DNA of 63,196 nt, the filler included, from Octopus bimaculoides (taxonomy: Eukaryota), in NCBI RefSeq assembly GCF_001194135.2. It is 5 parts of 5 records of this genome, joined end to end, with 100 filler letters (N's around TTAATTAATTAA, not from the genome) between each part and the next. Parts side by side here need not be neighbours in the genome. Positions count along the whole stretch, not along the records: positions 32,027 to 44,456 come from NC_068985.1; positions 44,557 to 48,228 come from NC_068989.1; positions 48,329 to 62,001 come from NC_068987.1; 2 more parts are not named here. One strand, 5' to 3'. Both the position numbers and the translations under genes were made by a program. Below the pieces are notes generated by a model that saw only the letters and a program-made list of their open reading frames with translations, did not search any database and had not been told where the DNA came from. Shown here piece after piece: positions 38,221 through 51,275 of this stretch; position 1 is the first letter of the stretch, and each line of letters starts with the position of its first letter.

Positions 38221-41200
38221 CACTAGTATGACATTTTACGTATATACATACGTACATATATATACACTATAAATGCTGAAAAAAAGATATGGGTATATAG
38301 AGACAGGAGATATGTGTATAAATATATAAAAAGCTACAAATAAACATATCTTGTGTGATGGAGGAAGATGGCGAAGGCCTAGAAGCAGGCAGTCCAAAAG
38401 ATTGATAAAGACACAACAAAAAATAAAAGAAGAATTAAGAAATATTTACACTAACAAAACAAGATATTGAAACAGATTAGATTCAGAATGTCACTAATGG
38501 ATGAATCGATGGAAAGATATAAACATATAGACATAGGGATATATAAATAGAAACTAAGACTCTCACATATGGACGTAGACATCTTTCAATCAGACACACA
38601 GCTACAAATGCACACACGCACACGCAGAACACACGCACACGCAGCACACACACACACACATATATACATACTAAAAGAGTGAGAGAGGTAAAAGGGACAG
38701 TTATGCGAAGTTAACGATCAATAAGGAGATATATTGATAGATTGATTGATAGATAGATTTGTTTGCAGACAAAGGTGGTAAAGGTGCCTTTTTTCCTCGT
38801 CATAGGAAGATAGCTACAATTTTCAGACAGTCAGATAAATAAATAGATACACTACTTCTAAGACATATGGTCGTTTAATTACTTTTTTAAATTTTGTTTT
38901 ATTTTGGAACATAAGTTAAACTAACATATAGACAAATATAATCAAATATCAGGCTTTTAAGCTTTCTTATATGTCAGAACAAAATAAATTCTTTCATTTT
39001 GTAAAGTATTGAAAATGTATAGTTGCTCTTTTTTGTCTTTTCTTCCTCGTAAACACATGTGGAAGATTTATGGTCTGAAATCTAGTGAAAGGTGGAATCA
39101 GACTTTTCTTAGAGATGATATTTATTTCAATGTATTTCTTAACAAATATATCTTACGTTAACTATTTGTCAATGCTGTTGATGATATTGAAGTTTATGTT
39201 TGTTTCACAAAATGTGTTTAGTGGTGTCGCCGTTTGTTTATTTTGGTAGTATGAAGTCACTGTGCATTATCTTGAGTGCACACACATACAGCTTGTGTGT
39301 AAACAGTGAATCAATGCTTCGTAATGTTGCTATCGATTTAGTGGATGGTCTTTATTCTGCCAATTCACTTTCAAATCCCACCGTGGTCAACTTTGACTTA
39401 CATTTTATGATAGGGAGATAAAATAAAGAGACAATGGCGTTAATATGTCGGTTTAATCGGGTTACTGTAGCATCATAAAATTCTTTCAAATACTATGTTT
39501 CTAGGTGAGAGTCTATCAAGAGAGAAAGAGAAAAACTACATCTAACAAGAAAAATGAGAAGAACGAGGTCAGAGAAAGAAAATGCCTAGCGCGGAAAAGT
39601 TGAAGAGAATTTTGGTAATACGCCAGCTTACTTTTATATTAACTTATTCCATCATTAATCAGGTTTTGACTGAAATAATGAAGGAAAATTCGCGTAATTG
39701 TTAAAGAACAGGTATTTTAAAAGACATATTTTCAGAAACGCCAACAATTAATATATTATTCACTGACATGATTGAAAAAAGCAAAGAATGCTGAATTTCA
39801 AAGGAAACGTCATCTTACTTTTAGGATGTTATGGGGGGGGGGACATAATTTCTTGATCCTGGAATTTAAACCTAATTTGTGTTACAATTAAATGGTAGAG
39901 AGTGGTGTAAATGGCATTATGAGTTACAAAACCCTAAAAGAAATATAAAACAATGTAACGTCAAATTTATGAGGTTATATGAATTTGGTGATATCAACAA
40001 CTTATGGAAATATTGTTAAATTCCTTTCGTCTGTTGGTGATTAAATCCAATACACACAGATCAGATGCGCAAGCATAAAGTATTGTATTATTATTATTAT
40101 GTTGTATTTTTTTCTTCCTTCTCCAAATTTTCTTCAATTTCTCGCCGAATGTTTTCCGTACACCTAGGGCAGAGAAGCCCATTGTATGCATTCCAAGTTT
40201 ACACACGTACATTCACAGGTAAAATTTGTATTAAAAAAAAATTAATATTTATGTATGCATGTATGTATGTATGTATGTATATATGGATGGATGCATGCAT
40301 GCATGCATGCATGTATGAATGTATGTATATATACACTCACACACAGACACACATATACACACGAGAAAAAAACTGTTATTTTGCAGGCCCTTCTAACCCC
40401 ATAGTACAAAACGCCAATCATGAAATGCTAAATTCTCGTAGGGCAGCAACCTCGAGCTCAGAGCGAATTTCAGACGACCCAAGTTCTAGAACATGTCATT
40501 TTCAATCGAACCACCTTTGATTTAACGATTCCAGAACAACTGCAACGCCAGATTCAATTTTATGACTTAATCTCACTGCTAAAGTTAAGATCACATACCA
40601 TCAGTGAATTTACTCGATTGAAAATATTGTTGAATCCTGACATCTCTCAACCTATCTCAGAAACTTCAAGAATAGGAACATAAAAATTCATCTTTCTTAA
40701 AACGTCCATACTTGAGCAGCATCCTACGGATGCAATTGAGGACATTGTACATAGAAGCAGCTAACTGCATGTAATCGTTACACTGATGATACTAAATAAA
40801 ATCTCTCATTCGACATTATCTGTGCCTCATTAAGTCGACCGAAAAAACTGGACTTAGTAGTGACCACTGAGTTTATGAAACGAATATTGACGCTGAACAA
40901 CTGTTGGCAAACTGCTTTGAATGTGTAGATGGAGAGGGATGGTCATTCCGCTACTGTGTTTCTACAGTGACTGGAACGTAAGCGTATTGAATGATGGATC
41001 AGCAACTTTTGTTGAGTTTTAATATATCAAATCTGAAATTGGCAACCTAACAAGATGTGTTCTAATGAGAACGATCAGCGAAGTATTTGTGGTTGGGTGT
41101 ATTCATGTGGGGAGAGGAGTGATGTACAATATGTTGGGAAGCACGTTGTCGACGACTGGGAAATTCTTTAATGTATAAAATATTTTGGAAAGAAATAGAG

Positions 41201-41869
41201 AGAAATAAACGATTTAAAGTGATTGGCATTCGAGTTCTTTGTACTGTTGATTTGTGATTCATGGTTGCTTACACACGCAACCATGAAGGTGACCTTTAAG
41301 AGTGCATAGTCGTTCACATATACATCCATATAGTATAAGCGCACAGACACACAGNNNNNNNNNNNNNNNNNNNNNNNNNNNNNNNNNNNNNNNNNNNNNN
41401 NNNNNNNNNNNNNNNNNNNNNNNNNNNNNNNNNNNNNNNNNNNNNNNNNNNNNNATTATTATTATTATTATTATTATTAATATTATTATTATTATTATTA
41501 TTCCACTGTATTGTATGTGGAAAATGTAAATTTCGCGCGGTGGCAACATCTTGGGACTTTCTCAGAATGCTTGTTTGTCAAGTTTACGTCACTTAACAGA
41601 ATACACAGGGCGAGCCCAAGGCACAACTCACGTACGCCGTTTAATGTATCACACGAGTGTGCGTTTATTTTTCTCTTGACCATTCTATTTCATATTTTAT
41701 TTAAATCTTTTTAATCTCCATATTAGATCTGCTAGTAAACTTGCGTGTCGCCGGACGGCTTATCTCTCGAGATGAGGAGACATATCGTTGCGATAACTGA
41801 CCTTGATTGGTTTTCGGTGGCTCCTATGTATACGCCTTGAATATAACTGAACATTAAAGAAAAAAATCT

Positions 41870-41920
<51 letters not shown>

Positions 41921-44500
41921 GGAGAGAGAGAGAGGATAAGAGAATGGAGGAAAAGCAATAATGAGAAGTGTGTCTTTCGTACTAAGACACACTTCTCTGT
42001 GGTTTATCCTCGATTTTTTATCGTCTAAATATACATTAAACCACACTTTATCTTTTAAATAATTACCTGCTACCTTATACCTTACACCAAGGACACCATA
42101 CTCACTGGGGTAATTACCAGAAGTGACTTTGGAAATATCTATTCCTTAGATGGTTTAAACACCTCTAAATTATACCTTACACACACACGCACAAAGACAG
42201 ACACACGCATACGCACTCATATCCATGCACTTTTGTCTGCTCTATTGTAATGTGCATGAATTTCATTATACGTAAAATTTAGGGCATAACCTAACTTTTT
42301 GTGTGCTTTATACTTTTTTGGTAATTTTGAGATCAATATTTAATGCTTTCCAATCCAAATTAAATTTCTTTTATTATAATTCTATACATATTTAATCGCC
42401 GTCTTAGTTTCACCATTTTCCTTTTTATTCAACTTCTACTAAGTATCCGTATCTTTTCATAGATGCATGCACTCAAAACTAACACATATTCGTCTTCACT
42501 ATACCATTCTTTCTTATTTGCTTATTTACTTCACTTAAGTATTTTGCTCGTCGATAATAACACCTTTTTCATTACGTTCTTTCATATTACCTCTTCATTA
42601 GATTATTGTACTTTTTCTCATTTTCTCACACTATTAACCTATATAGGTGTACGTATCTTTCAACTTTATCTAATAGAAAGATTATTTTTACTTTTCTTGC
42701 ATTAGTATATATTTGTTTAAAGGCTTTTTTCTTATATAATTTTTCAATCTTATTCTGTTTTCTTACGAATGATAAATGATAAGCTAAGTATTAACATATT
42801 TAATTCTCCTTCTTTGTTTTCTGTGTGATGATGCACAATATAGCTAACTGTTGTCGATGAAAATTTGCGATCTCAAAATTATACATACACTTTCAAGTGT
42901 TGATCCTCATGTTCGTAGCTACATCTCTCGCCTTTCAACTGAAGCACGCAACATTCTTTAAATTCGTTAATTCCACAACGTTATATAACATTTGTTATGT
43001 AAATATTCATTTTCTTAAATTTATTTTGTTGGGTTTCATTTATCTATAAATGCAGTGGTCGAAATTCATCTCCTATATAAACATTGCGTCCAAATATTGT
43101 GTTTTAATCGAAAGCCGTTTTAAAAATCAATTGGAACGGTATTGTATGCTTTGAACTAACATTGAATGATCCCATATTTTTTTTAGTTTATACTACTATC
43201 TCTGTCACGTTTATTGAAGCTAACTTTATCGTTTATCTCTCTCTATTTCCAAAATCGTTTGTAAATTAAAACACTTTCTAACCTCTAATTCCGTGTTTTC
43301 AACATATTTTACATCATCCTCCCCAACATTCATACATACACATACAGCCCAAACACTTTGCTGCACATTCTGTTGAAAACAGATTAGTTGAGGTGACAAT
43401 TTCAGTTCTGAAATATTAAGCCAACAAACTTTACTGATTGAACATCCCTCACACTAATGTACATGTCATTGTAGAAATACGGCTAACTGCCCCTTACGTA
43501 ATAAATGCGTGGTAACAGAACTCTAATATAGATAGGATTCTGAAGATGTTTATACCGCATAATAAAATATAGTGTACTTCTGACTCATAAATCAAGTCTC
43601 AATAGACGCAACACATATATTCTTTCAGAAATGTGCATCTAATATTTGACGAAGAGAGAACTTATAAATTTCTTCGAATAATTGGATCATAGATGAAACA
43701 CCGGAGCCTTACATTACGCACATATTTAATGTGACTTCACATGGAATCTATAAGCTTCCATTAGTGGAACTGTCAGAAAAGTTTTCTGGATTGCATACAA
43801 CAAAATTCGAATTACATTCCGGGTACATTGCTACAACCAACCGATTGGATTCCTGAATTGTCGCAACTGCAGGAAAGAAGATGAATTCTTAATACTGAGA
43901 CTCAGTGTGTATCTTTCTCTTGCTTCTATCGTGAAATTTCTGGGTCTGCTCGTTTTTTATACTCAAGATGGATCACACATCCAGTCAGCCGTTTGCCATG
44001 TTGAACTTCATTGACTGGATCATCGCTACGTTCGTAGATCATTTACAGTTCGATTAGGAGCAAATTGATTCCGCCAAACATATAATTTGACTCTGTTGCC
44101 ACAACCAAATTCTGAAAGTGGTAAATCACTACTGAATGAACCAGTCACACACAAATGGTTCTACGTCAAATTTTAATCTGAACACACGGTCTGTATTCTT
44201 TACATTTTAAAAGTATATTCGGAACAGTAAACAAAGAAACGCCCTGAATGGTTTGCAAATGTTTGTAAGACATTAACGTGCGGACATATTGCGCTATAAT
44301 TCGTCTACTCTGATAACGGAGGCTCGATATATCCAGCTGTAGGATGTGGTGGGCTATTACTTGAGTACCAAGATGTTATATTATAGCTTCCTCAGAACCT
44401 TGAATATTTGAATGTATGAGTGCTTGAGAGTCTATATATATATATATATATATATANNNNNNNNNNNNNNNNNNNNNNNNNNNNNNNNNNNNNNNNNNNN

Positions 44501-44512
44501 TTAATTAATTAA
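44501..44512. other. Artificial scaffold linker TTAATTAATTAA
   Basis: N44 + linker + N44 (44457-44556). Confidence 0.95.
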
Positions 44513-44583
44513 NNNNNNNNNNNNNNNNNNNNNNNNNNNNNNNNNNNNNNNNNNNNATATACATATGTACATACTGACAGGCA

Positions 44584-44630
<47 letters not shown>

Positions 44631-45554
44631 AATGGAAAAAGTTGAGTAGTAATGTTATATCATGTTTTTATATCATTCTCACTAGCAGATATTTCTTTCC
44701 AGATACGTACGGCATGATGAGTGCAACATTCATTTCTTTTTCTTGTGGTTTTAGATATTTAGGTAGAATGATAATTGCTTTTATTTTAGGCAAAAAGCCA
44801 GCAAATTCGAGTGGAATGTATTAGAAGAGGGGAAGTATTTAGTTCATTACATCGATCTTAGTACTTGGCTAGTAGATTGTTATATCGACATTGAAAAGAC
44901 GAAAGGCAAAGTTGATTCCTCTTGGATTTTATACTGCAATTCAAAGAGCCGGAAGAGCTGCAAGGCATTTTCTACGATACTTTCGATTCTTCTGAGCCAT
45001 GATAAATATATTTAAATAACGAAATTTTATGAAAATGACTAGTTAAGATATCTTCTTCGTATTTCAAAACACGTGATATTTTCATACTGTGAAATGCATT
45101 TGTCGATAGAAAAAGGACCGCAGTGGAAAATTAATAAATGTATGACATAAATTAATTTTGGGCGTACATCTTTGGAGTTGCCAATGGATCTTCGTCGCTT
45201 TATATAATGAGCATTTAGCCGTTGGATCAAATGAATTATTTGCTCCTGAATTAACGTGTACATGGTTGAATATTCCTCAGAAAGATTAATCTTTGAAGTA
45301 ATTCTCAAACGAAATCAATGCAACACAGTTTGTGACAAGACTGTATTTTTGAATTTCGGTTACAATCCTACCAAAAGTCGAACAGTTTTCTCCAACTTTC
45401 ACTTATAAGGCTTGGTTTGACCTAAGGAAATGGTAAATGACAGTCATTTAAGAGACCATGTAGTGGGATTGAACCTAGGATCTTGTAATTACGAAGCGAA
45501 CTCGTTCACTCTTCAGCCGTGCTATGTCGACGTTTATAACAGTGTTATTATTAT

Positions 45555-46415
45555 TCTGGAAAAATCGTTAGCATGACGGGCAAAATACTTAGCAGCATTT
45601 CGTTTGAGTTCAAATAACGTCGAGGTCGACTTTGCCTTTCTGCCTTTCCTGGTCGATAAAACAAAGTACCAGTTGAGCACTGTGGTCGATGTAATCGACT
45701 TAACCCCACCCACGAACTTACTGGCTTTGTACCACAATTTGAAACCATTATTTATTAGACAGGGAGCTAGCAGAATCGTTAGCATACTGGACGAAATGCT
45801 TAGCGTCATTTCGTCCATCTTTACGATCTGAGTTCGAATTCCGCCGAGGTCGACTTTGCCTTTCATCATTTCGGAGCCGATAAAATAAGTACCAGTTGAA
45901 TATTGAGGTCGATGTAACCGACTAGTACCCTTCCTCAAAATGCCTATAATAGACAGGATTATTATTATTATTATTATTATTATTATCTATTAGGCGGCGA
46001 GCCGGTAGAGTCTTTGCAACTCAGACACAATACTTAGCAGAATTTCTTCCGGCTCTTCAATTTCAAATAGCACCGAAGTCGACTTGGTCTATTATATTTT
46101 CGATAAAGTAACTACCAATTAAACGCCGAAGTCGATGTAATTGACATATTGCCTCTCCTAAAATTGTTGGCCTTGCTCCAGATCCGAGACCAATACCATT
46201 ATTTTTATTTTTACGACAGTAAAGTTATAGCACCAGATAAAATGCTTTGCGGTACTTTTTCACGCTCGTTATGTTTTGACTTGAAATCCCAGAGAGATCA
46301 ACTTTGTCTTTCATCGATAATGTAAAATACCAGTAAATTATAGGGGTATATAGTATCAACTAAACCCATTGTTCTTAAAATTGCTAGCCTTGTGCCTAAA
46401 TTAGAGACCATTATT
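45555..46415 (+). mobile_element. Four head-to-tail copies of one SINE family
   Basis: Copies at about 45555-45752, 45758-45990, 45991-46200 and 46215-46415. Each has the GAGGTCGACTTTGCCTTTC / GATAAAxxAAGTACCAG / GTCGATGTAA motifs at differing divergence. Confidence 0.8.
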
Positions 46416-46699
46416 TACAGCAAAACTGATAATAAATAATATATGATTATTATTTTGAGAAAAACTCCATACATTGAAGATCGAAGCCACATGACTTGTA
46501 TATATACTATCAATCCAGAAGAATGAAATACAAAAGTCGAGATTAATAAGAATAACTCAGAAAGTAAAAATTTGGTATTTATACACAGCACATTAAAGAT
46601 CTGGTAATATACCAATTTCGCTGATACTAATTCTTAACACCAAGCAACTCATATTGTGAAAGGAATACTGTTAACATAATCGATTTCAATGCTATAGAT

Positions 46700-46858
46700 C
46701 AGGGGTTCCCAAACTTTTTAGAACATCGGCCCCTACATGGAATCCTTGACCCCACCTTATCGACCCCCAGGCATGTACAAGAAAATGCATAAACAATAAT
46801 AATAATTAAGTAGATGTACACTTATCGACCCCTTGAATAGTCCCATCGACCACTTTGA
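46700..46858 (+). mobile_element. Truncated hAT/Charlie-like MITE
   Basis: Begins CAGGGGTTCCCAAACTTTTT, a hAT-Charlie-type TIR. No matching right TIR was found. Confidence 0.45.
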
Positions 46859-47924
46859 TTGATATATATTATCAACTCCAGAAAGATAGATTTTTTAGCA
46901 TTGAACCAGGTTCTATTCCAATTCAGAATATCCATATATGTAAATAAGCTGGAAAGATCTTTGGACCATTGGCCTTTGAATACTGACGCTAACTACCTTT
47001 AACGATCATTAAAAGATATGTGGTACTCATATGAAATTCTAATAGACTTAAGAAATGACAGTATGCTAGTCGATCCTATGGACCAGAGGATGAGCACACA
47101 ACAAGCCTAACATAATTTCCCACAATAGAAATGATAATTAGCTATATAATAATCGACATAACAATATAAAATGACTATAATATTGTACATAAGCGAACTT
47201 CAAAGCTAAGGATTTAGTAAGATAGCTATTGCCTTAAACGCAATAGCTCAGTAAGTGTCTAACATCTTATTTGTCATAGATAAAACAAATGTAGGTATTG
47301 ACAAGTTACTAGTAAGGTCAAATGTCTGTACTTTACAGAATGTAGTTATAGTGGGATAGGTATTCTCATGAAAGTTTTTAATAAAACATATGTGTGTGTG
47401 TATGTGTGTAATGCGTGTGTGCATAAACACGTTAAATTGTGTGGAGCAGACGAAAGAGGAGTGCATGATACATGTTGAATAGATGGTTTCTCTAACGATA
47501 TCATTGTCACGTCACAGCAATCTTGAGAGAAATGTATACGTACATACATACATGCATACATATATAGATATATACATGGAAAGGAAGAGGGTGAGATAGG
47601 GAGAGAGGGAGACAGATAGAGAGAGAGGGGCATATAAATGTATATATACATACGTATACATAAATGTGCATGCGTGTGCTTGGTTGTGCGGTAAGAAGCT
47701 TGCTTCCTAATCACATGTATATATATATATACACATTCATTCTTTTATTCCCTTACATGTTTCAGCCGTAAGGCTGTTGCCATACGGGAGCACCGCATAT
47801 ATATGTATATATATACATATATATATTCTTTTATTCATTTACTTGTTTCAGGCATTTGCGACCATGATGGAGCACCACCTTTATCGCTGACCACTACATT
47901 TATATTTTTTTCTCCTTGTTTCTT

Positions 47925-48062
47925 TCTGTTTTCCTTTCAGTTGAAGATCGTAGGCTCGAAACGTCAAAGACTTTCTCTATTTCCGAGCATTAAACTAATA
48001 CATCCATTTGTTGTTTACACCACCTGTCTTCGTCTGTTGTGTTTTTTTTCATAAATTCTCTC
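47925..48062 (+). mobile_element. Penelope pseudo-LTR-like repeat carrying a degenerate hammerhead motif
   Basis: CTTTCAG-TTGAAGA(47941-47)-TCGTAGGCTC-GAAA-CGTC-AAAG, with an ACGT palindromic stem III and GUC at 47963-65. The 3' part is homologous to 9003-9091. Confidence 0.55.
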
Positions 48063-48272
48063 ATATATATATATATATATATATTCTTTTTTAAGTACAT
48101 AACTATAAAAGTATAATTATAATTAATTACACTGGAGTGACAAAACCAATACGCTAGAAGTAGATGTCAAACGTCTACAAACCACTCTAAATTTGTTCTT
48201 TATTTAGAATACAAAGCTGAATCCGATGNNNNNNNNNNNNNNNNNNNNNNNNNNNNNNNNNNNNNNNNNNNN

Positions 48273-48284
48273 TTAATTAATTAA
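48273..48284. other. Artificial scaffold linker TTAATTAATTAA
   Basis: N44 + linker + N44 (48229-48328). Confidence 0.95.
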
Positions 48285-48329
48285 NNNNNNNNNNNNNNNN
48301 NNNNNNNNNNNNNNNNNNNNNNNNNNNNC

Positions 48330-48575
48330 GTTGTATGATGCTATATCCCCTTCTATTTCGTTAAATGCTTCAAGTAACTTGTCTCTAAGTCTCTGTCCAT
48401 TTGCAGGGTCTTTAAGCTTCCACACCCTTCTCCTCCAAGCCTGTCTAATTCTGGGCACCCATTTTGCCTTGATCCCAAAGTCGCTAACTACTAATCTATG
48501 TTGTGGGGTACATTCTTCGCCAGGGTAGGTTTTGGCATTTATAAGCCGCCCTCTTTCCCTATTTCTGGCGAGGTT
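48330..48575 (-). mobile_element. RTE-clade LINE ORF fragment (end of APE domain and linker)
   Basis: Translates as LARNRERGRLINAKTYPGEECTPQHRLVVSDFGIKAKWVPRIRQAWRRRVWKLKDP. GEE..QHRLVV and WKLKD are typical of RTE-type elements. Confidence 0.75.
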
Positions 48576-49210
48576 ATTCGAAATTTTAGAGTCAATGACT
48601 AAATTATTTAGATATGTTCCCTATAAATAAGTCTAAAGGACTTTAGTATGGGCAGGTTTTTTGAAATCCAATGAACCTTTATACAAATATGCCTTTTCAA
48701 AGGGATGCGATAAACCTATTATAATGGGTAATACTACGTGTACTTTTTCTTTTGTGATGTATCTTTGGACTAACAATGTTTTGCGGCTGAGGAGAGCTTT
48801 ACACCATCTTTTATATCAATAATATACCTATGCTGATGTAATAACAAATTGTTTATAAAGCTTGAAACCCATGTACCGTGATATCCTTTGTGTTCTGTTT
48901 TTAATTTATGTTTGATATATTCCCTCACCTCTCTGCCACTATCTGGCATATACAGGTGCTTACACTTATCAAGTGTTCCCTCTAAACTTACAGTATATAT
49001 ATATATATTCATTCATTCATTCAGGTGTCAGAGTATGTTGAAGAAGTTTATTTGCCCGACGACTGTTTTCTACTTGTCAAGTTGGACCTCGATAGAATCA
49101 AACTGCTAAAGGTAATACAATAAAACTTTTTGTTTCGCGTTTGTGCTGCCATACTGTAAAATAACAACTAACCCCACCAACTTCTTCAATTTTGACATTT
49201 TTCCCCAACA

Positions 49211-49281
49211 CTAACCCTAAAAACCTAACCCTAAAACTCTAACCCTAATCTTAAAACCCTAACCTAAAACTAACCCTAACC
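49211..49281. repeat. Interstitial telomere-like (CCCTAA) minisatellite
   Basis: CCCTAA hexamers at 49215, 49229, 49243, 49257 and 49274, with CCTAA variants between them. Confidence 0.85.
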
Positions 49282-50813
49282 GTAAGTACAGAAATGTTTT
49301 GAAATTTTTGTCCAGTGAGTGAAACAAGTAAAAAGATTTTTAGAAAATAAAAAAAAATAAAAAGACCAAAATGGTGGGGGTTATAAAAAAAATTTCAAGA
49401 GATTTGGCTTTTATTTCTAGCATGTGGAGATACCTTCTAGGCTTAACTTCGTGTGCTGGCTGAAAATCATTTAAAAAAATCCTGGAGTCAATACATTTGA
49501 CTAAAAATTCCTCAAGGTGGTGCCCCAGCATGGCTGCAGTCTAATGATTACAACAAGTTAAAAAGAAACAAAAAAAACAATGAAATACGTCACAGAAGTG
49601 GTTTTGATCAGGCTTAAAAAAAATTCTGGGTTCCATACAGCCACCTAAAAATTCTTCAAGGTAAAAAGGAAAAAAAAATTCTGGGGTTGATATGTTCAAC
49701 TAAAAATTCTTCAAGGTGGTGCCCCAGCATGGCCACGGTCTAATGCCAAAAACACGTAAAAGGTGAAAAAAAACAAAAAAATAACCAAAACAATATAACA
49801 ATGGGGCTTTTGTCCTACACTCTAACATGCTTGAAATAGCAGCCAAATCACAACCTAAGAAAGAAAGAAAGAAAAACCCAAGGTCATGGCTGGACATCTT
49901 CGATCATAGATGGGTTGAGCTTTACTATATCTAAATGATTCTTACTGTTTGAAGGAAACATAAAGGCAGAATAAATATGTACCTTAACCACACTTGATTG
50001 GTACTTGATTTCATTGACACTGGAGAGTTGAAAGGTAAACCCCGCTGGGGTATGAATTTATGTTATGGCATGTAAACTAGCTATAAGTTAATATTTTGTC
50101 TGGTAGAGTGTTTTGTCATCTGCCACCGTGTTTATTAGCAATCAACAACATTAACGCTACTTTCTGCTTGACTTCTTCATTGTCAACGAATGTGATAATG
50201 TCAGTACAGAAATCACCATGTGAAGTTGCCACGATCAGTCTGAAAATATTATTCTATACAAATTTAATTAAACTTTATATTTTGATGGAAAACGTTTGTT
50301 GAAAATTGTTTATTATGTTGTACTAATTACATTATGTCCAGAATACTAGAGGCATATTGCCTAAAGAATTAAATATTTGCTATAATTCACATATCCTAAT
50401 CAGTGCTTGTCTCTGAATGTATTATGTATGGGTAGTCACCATCCATACAATTGTTACTCTGGTTTCTCCTTACCCTGAGTGGATAAATCTTTCACCTTTT
50501 ACTAAAGATTTCCGTGGGGAGGAATATTTTAATGAGTCTATAGACTTATCTTTGAAGCCTTATCATTGCATGAAGTTTTATTAGCAAACCTAAAAACAGA
50601 TCAAGTTTATATTTATTGTATTTTTATTTTGTTTCTTGGAGATCGTTCTCTTTTACAAACTCAGCTCACCTTTTTGGAATAAAATAAAAATAATCAGTTA
50701 AATATATTGCTACAACATCAATAATTATAGCAAAAAACAAACAAAAAATACTGTGTTCATATGAAAAACTTTTACATTTTGTATTCTCTCATTACTCAAT
50801 TTTTTTCTTTCAG

Positions 50814-50879
50814 TTGGAGGTCAATGTTGATTCAATTGTAATTTCCATTTGTAGTTCCAAATTAAGGATCAAAAACTCT
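50814..50879 (+). CDS. POLR3A: Internal coding exon of RNA polymerase III largest subunit (RPC1)
   Basis: Strong acceptor TTTTTTTCTTTCAG| and donor |GTGAGT; 66 nt, phase 0-0. Encodes LEVNVDSIVISICSSKLRIKNS versus human POLR3A [22 protein letters not shown] as recalled (12/22 identical, others mostly conservative). Neighbouring exons were not found by eye. Confidence 0.75.
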
Positions 50880-51019
50880 GTGAGTATTAATTCTTTTTGT
50901 TTTGTAAGGAATTTTTACTTACATATAGTTTTTTTTAAAATAATAATGAAAACCAAGCATTTAAAGGAATAGAGTCTACACCTACTAAGAAAGCTGCAGA
51001 TTGGTGTAACAAAAGATAT

Positions 51020-51057
51020 TTGAGTGAATTTGGTAGACGGAAACTGAAAGAAGCCTG

Positions 51058-51095
<38 letters not shown>

Positions 51096-51275
51096 TGTGT
51101 TTGTTCCCAACCACCACTTGACAACCAGTGTTACTTAGCAATTCAGCAAAGGAAACTGATAGAATCAGTACCCAGTTTTTAAAAATATATATAAGGACTG
51201 GGGTTGACTCATTTGACTAAAGCTTCAAGGTGGTGCACCAGCATGACTACTTTCTGATGACTGAAACGAGTAATA
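51020..51275 (+). mobile_element. SINE 3' half with internal (GT)n
   Basis: GAGTGAATTTGGTAGACGGAAACTGAAAGAAGCCTGTCG, then (TG)n, then CACTTGACAACCAGTG and the CAAGGTGGTGCACCAGCATG tail; same family as 305-458 and 50-270. Confidence 0.75.

Noticed and set aside
40440-40990. Possible old mariner transposase remnant (SVPH-like and CDEKW-like traces)
   Set aside because: Too degenerate to support by eye, and no TIRs were identified.
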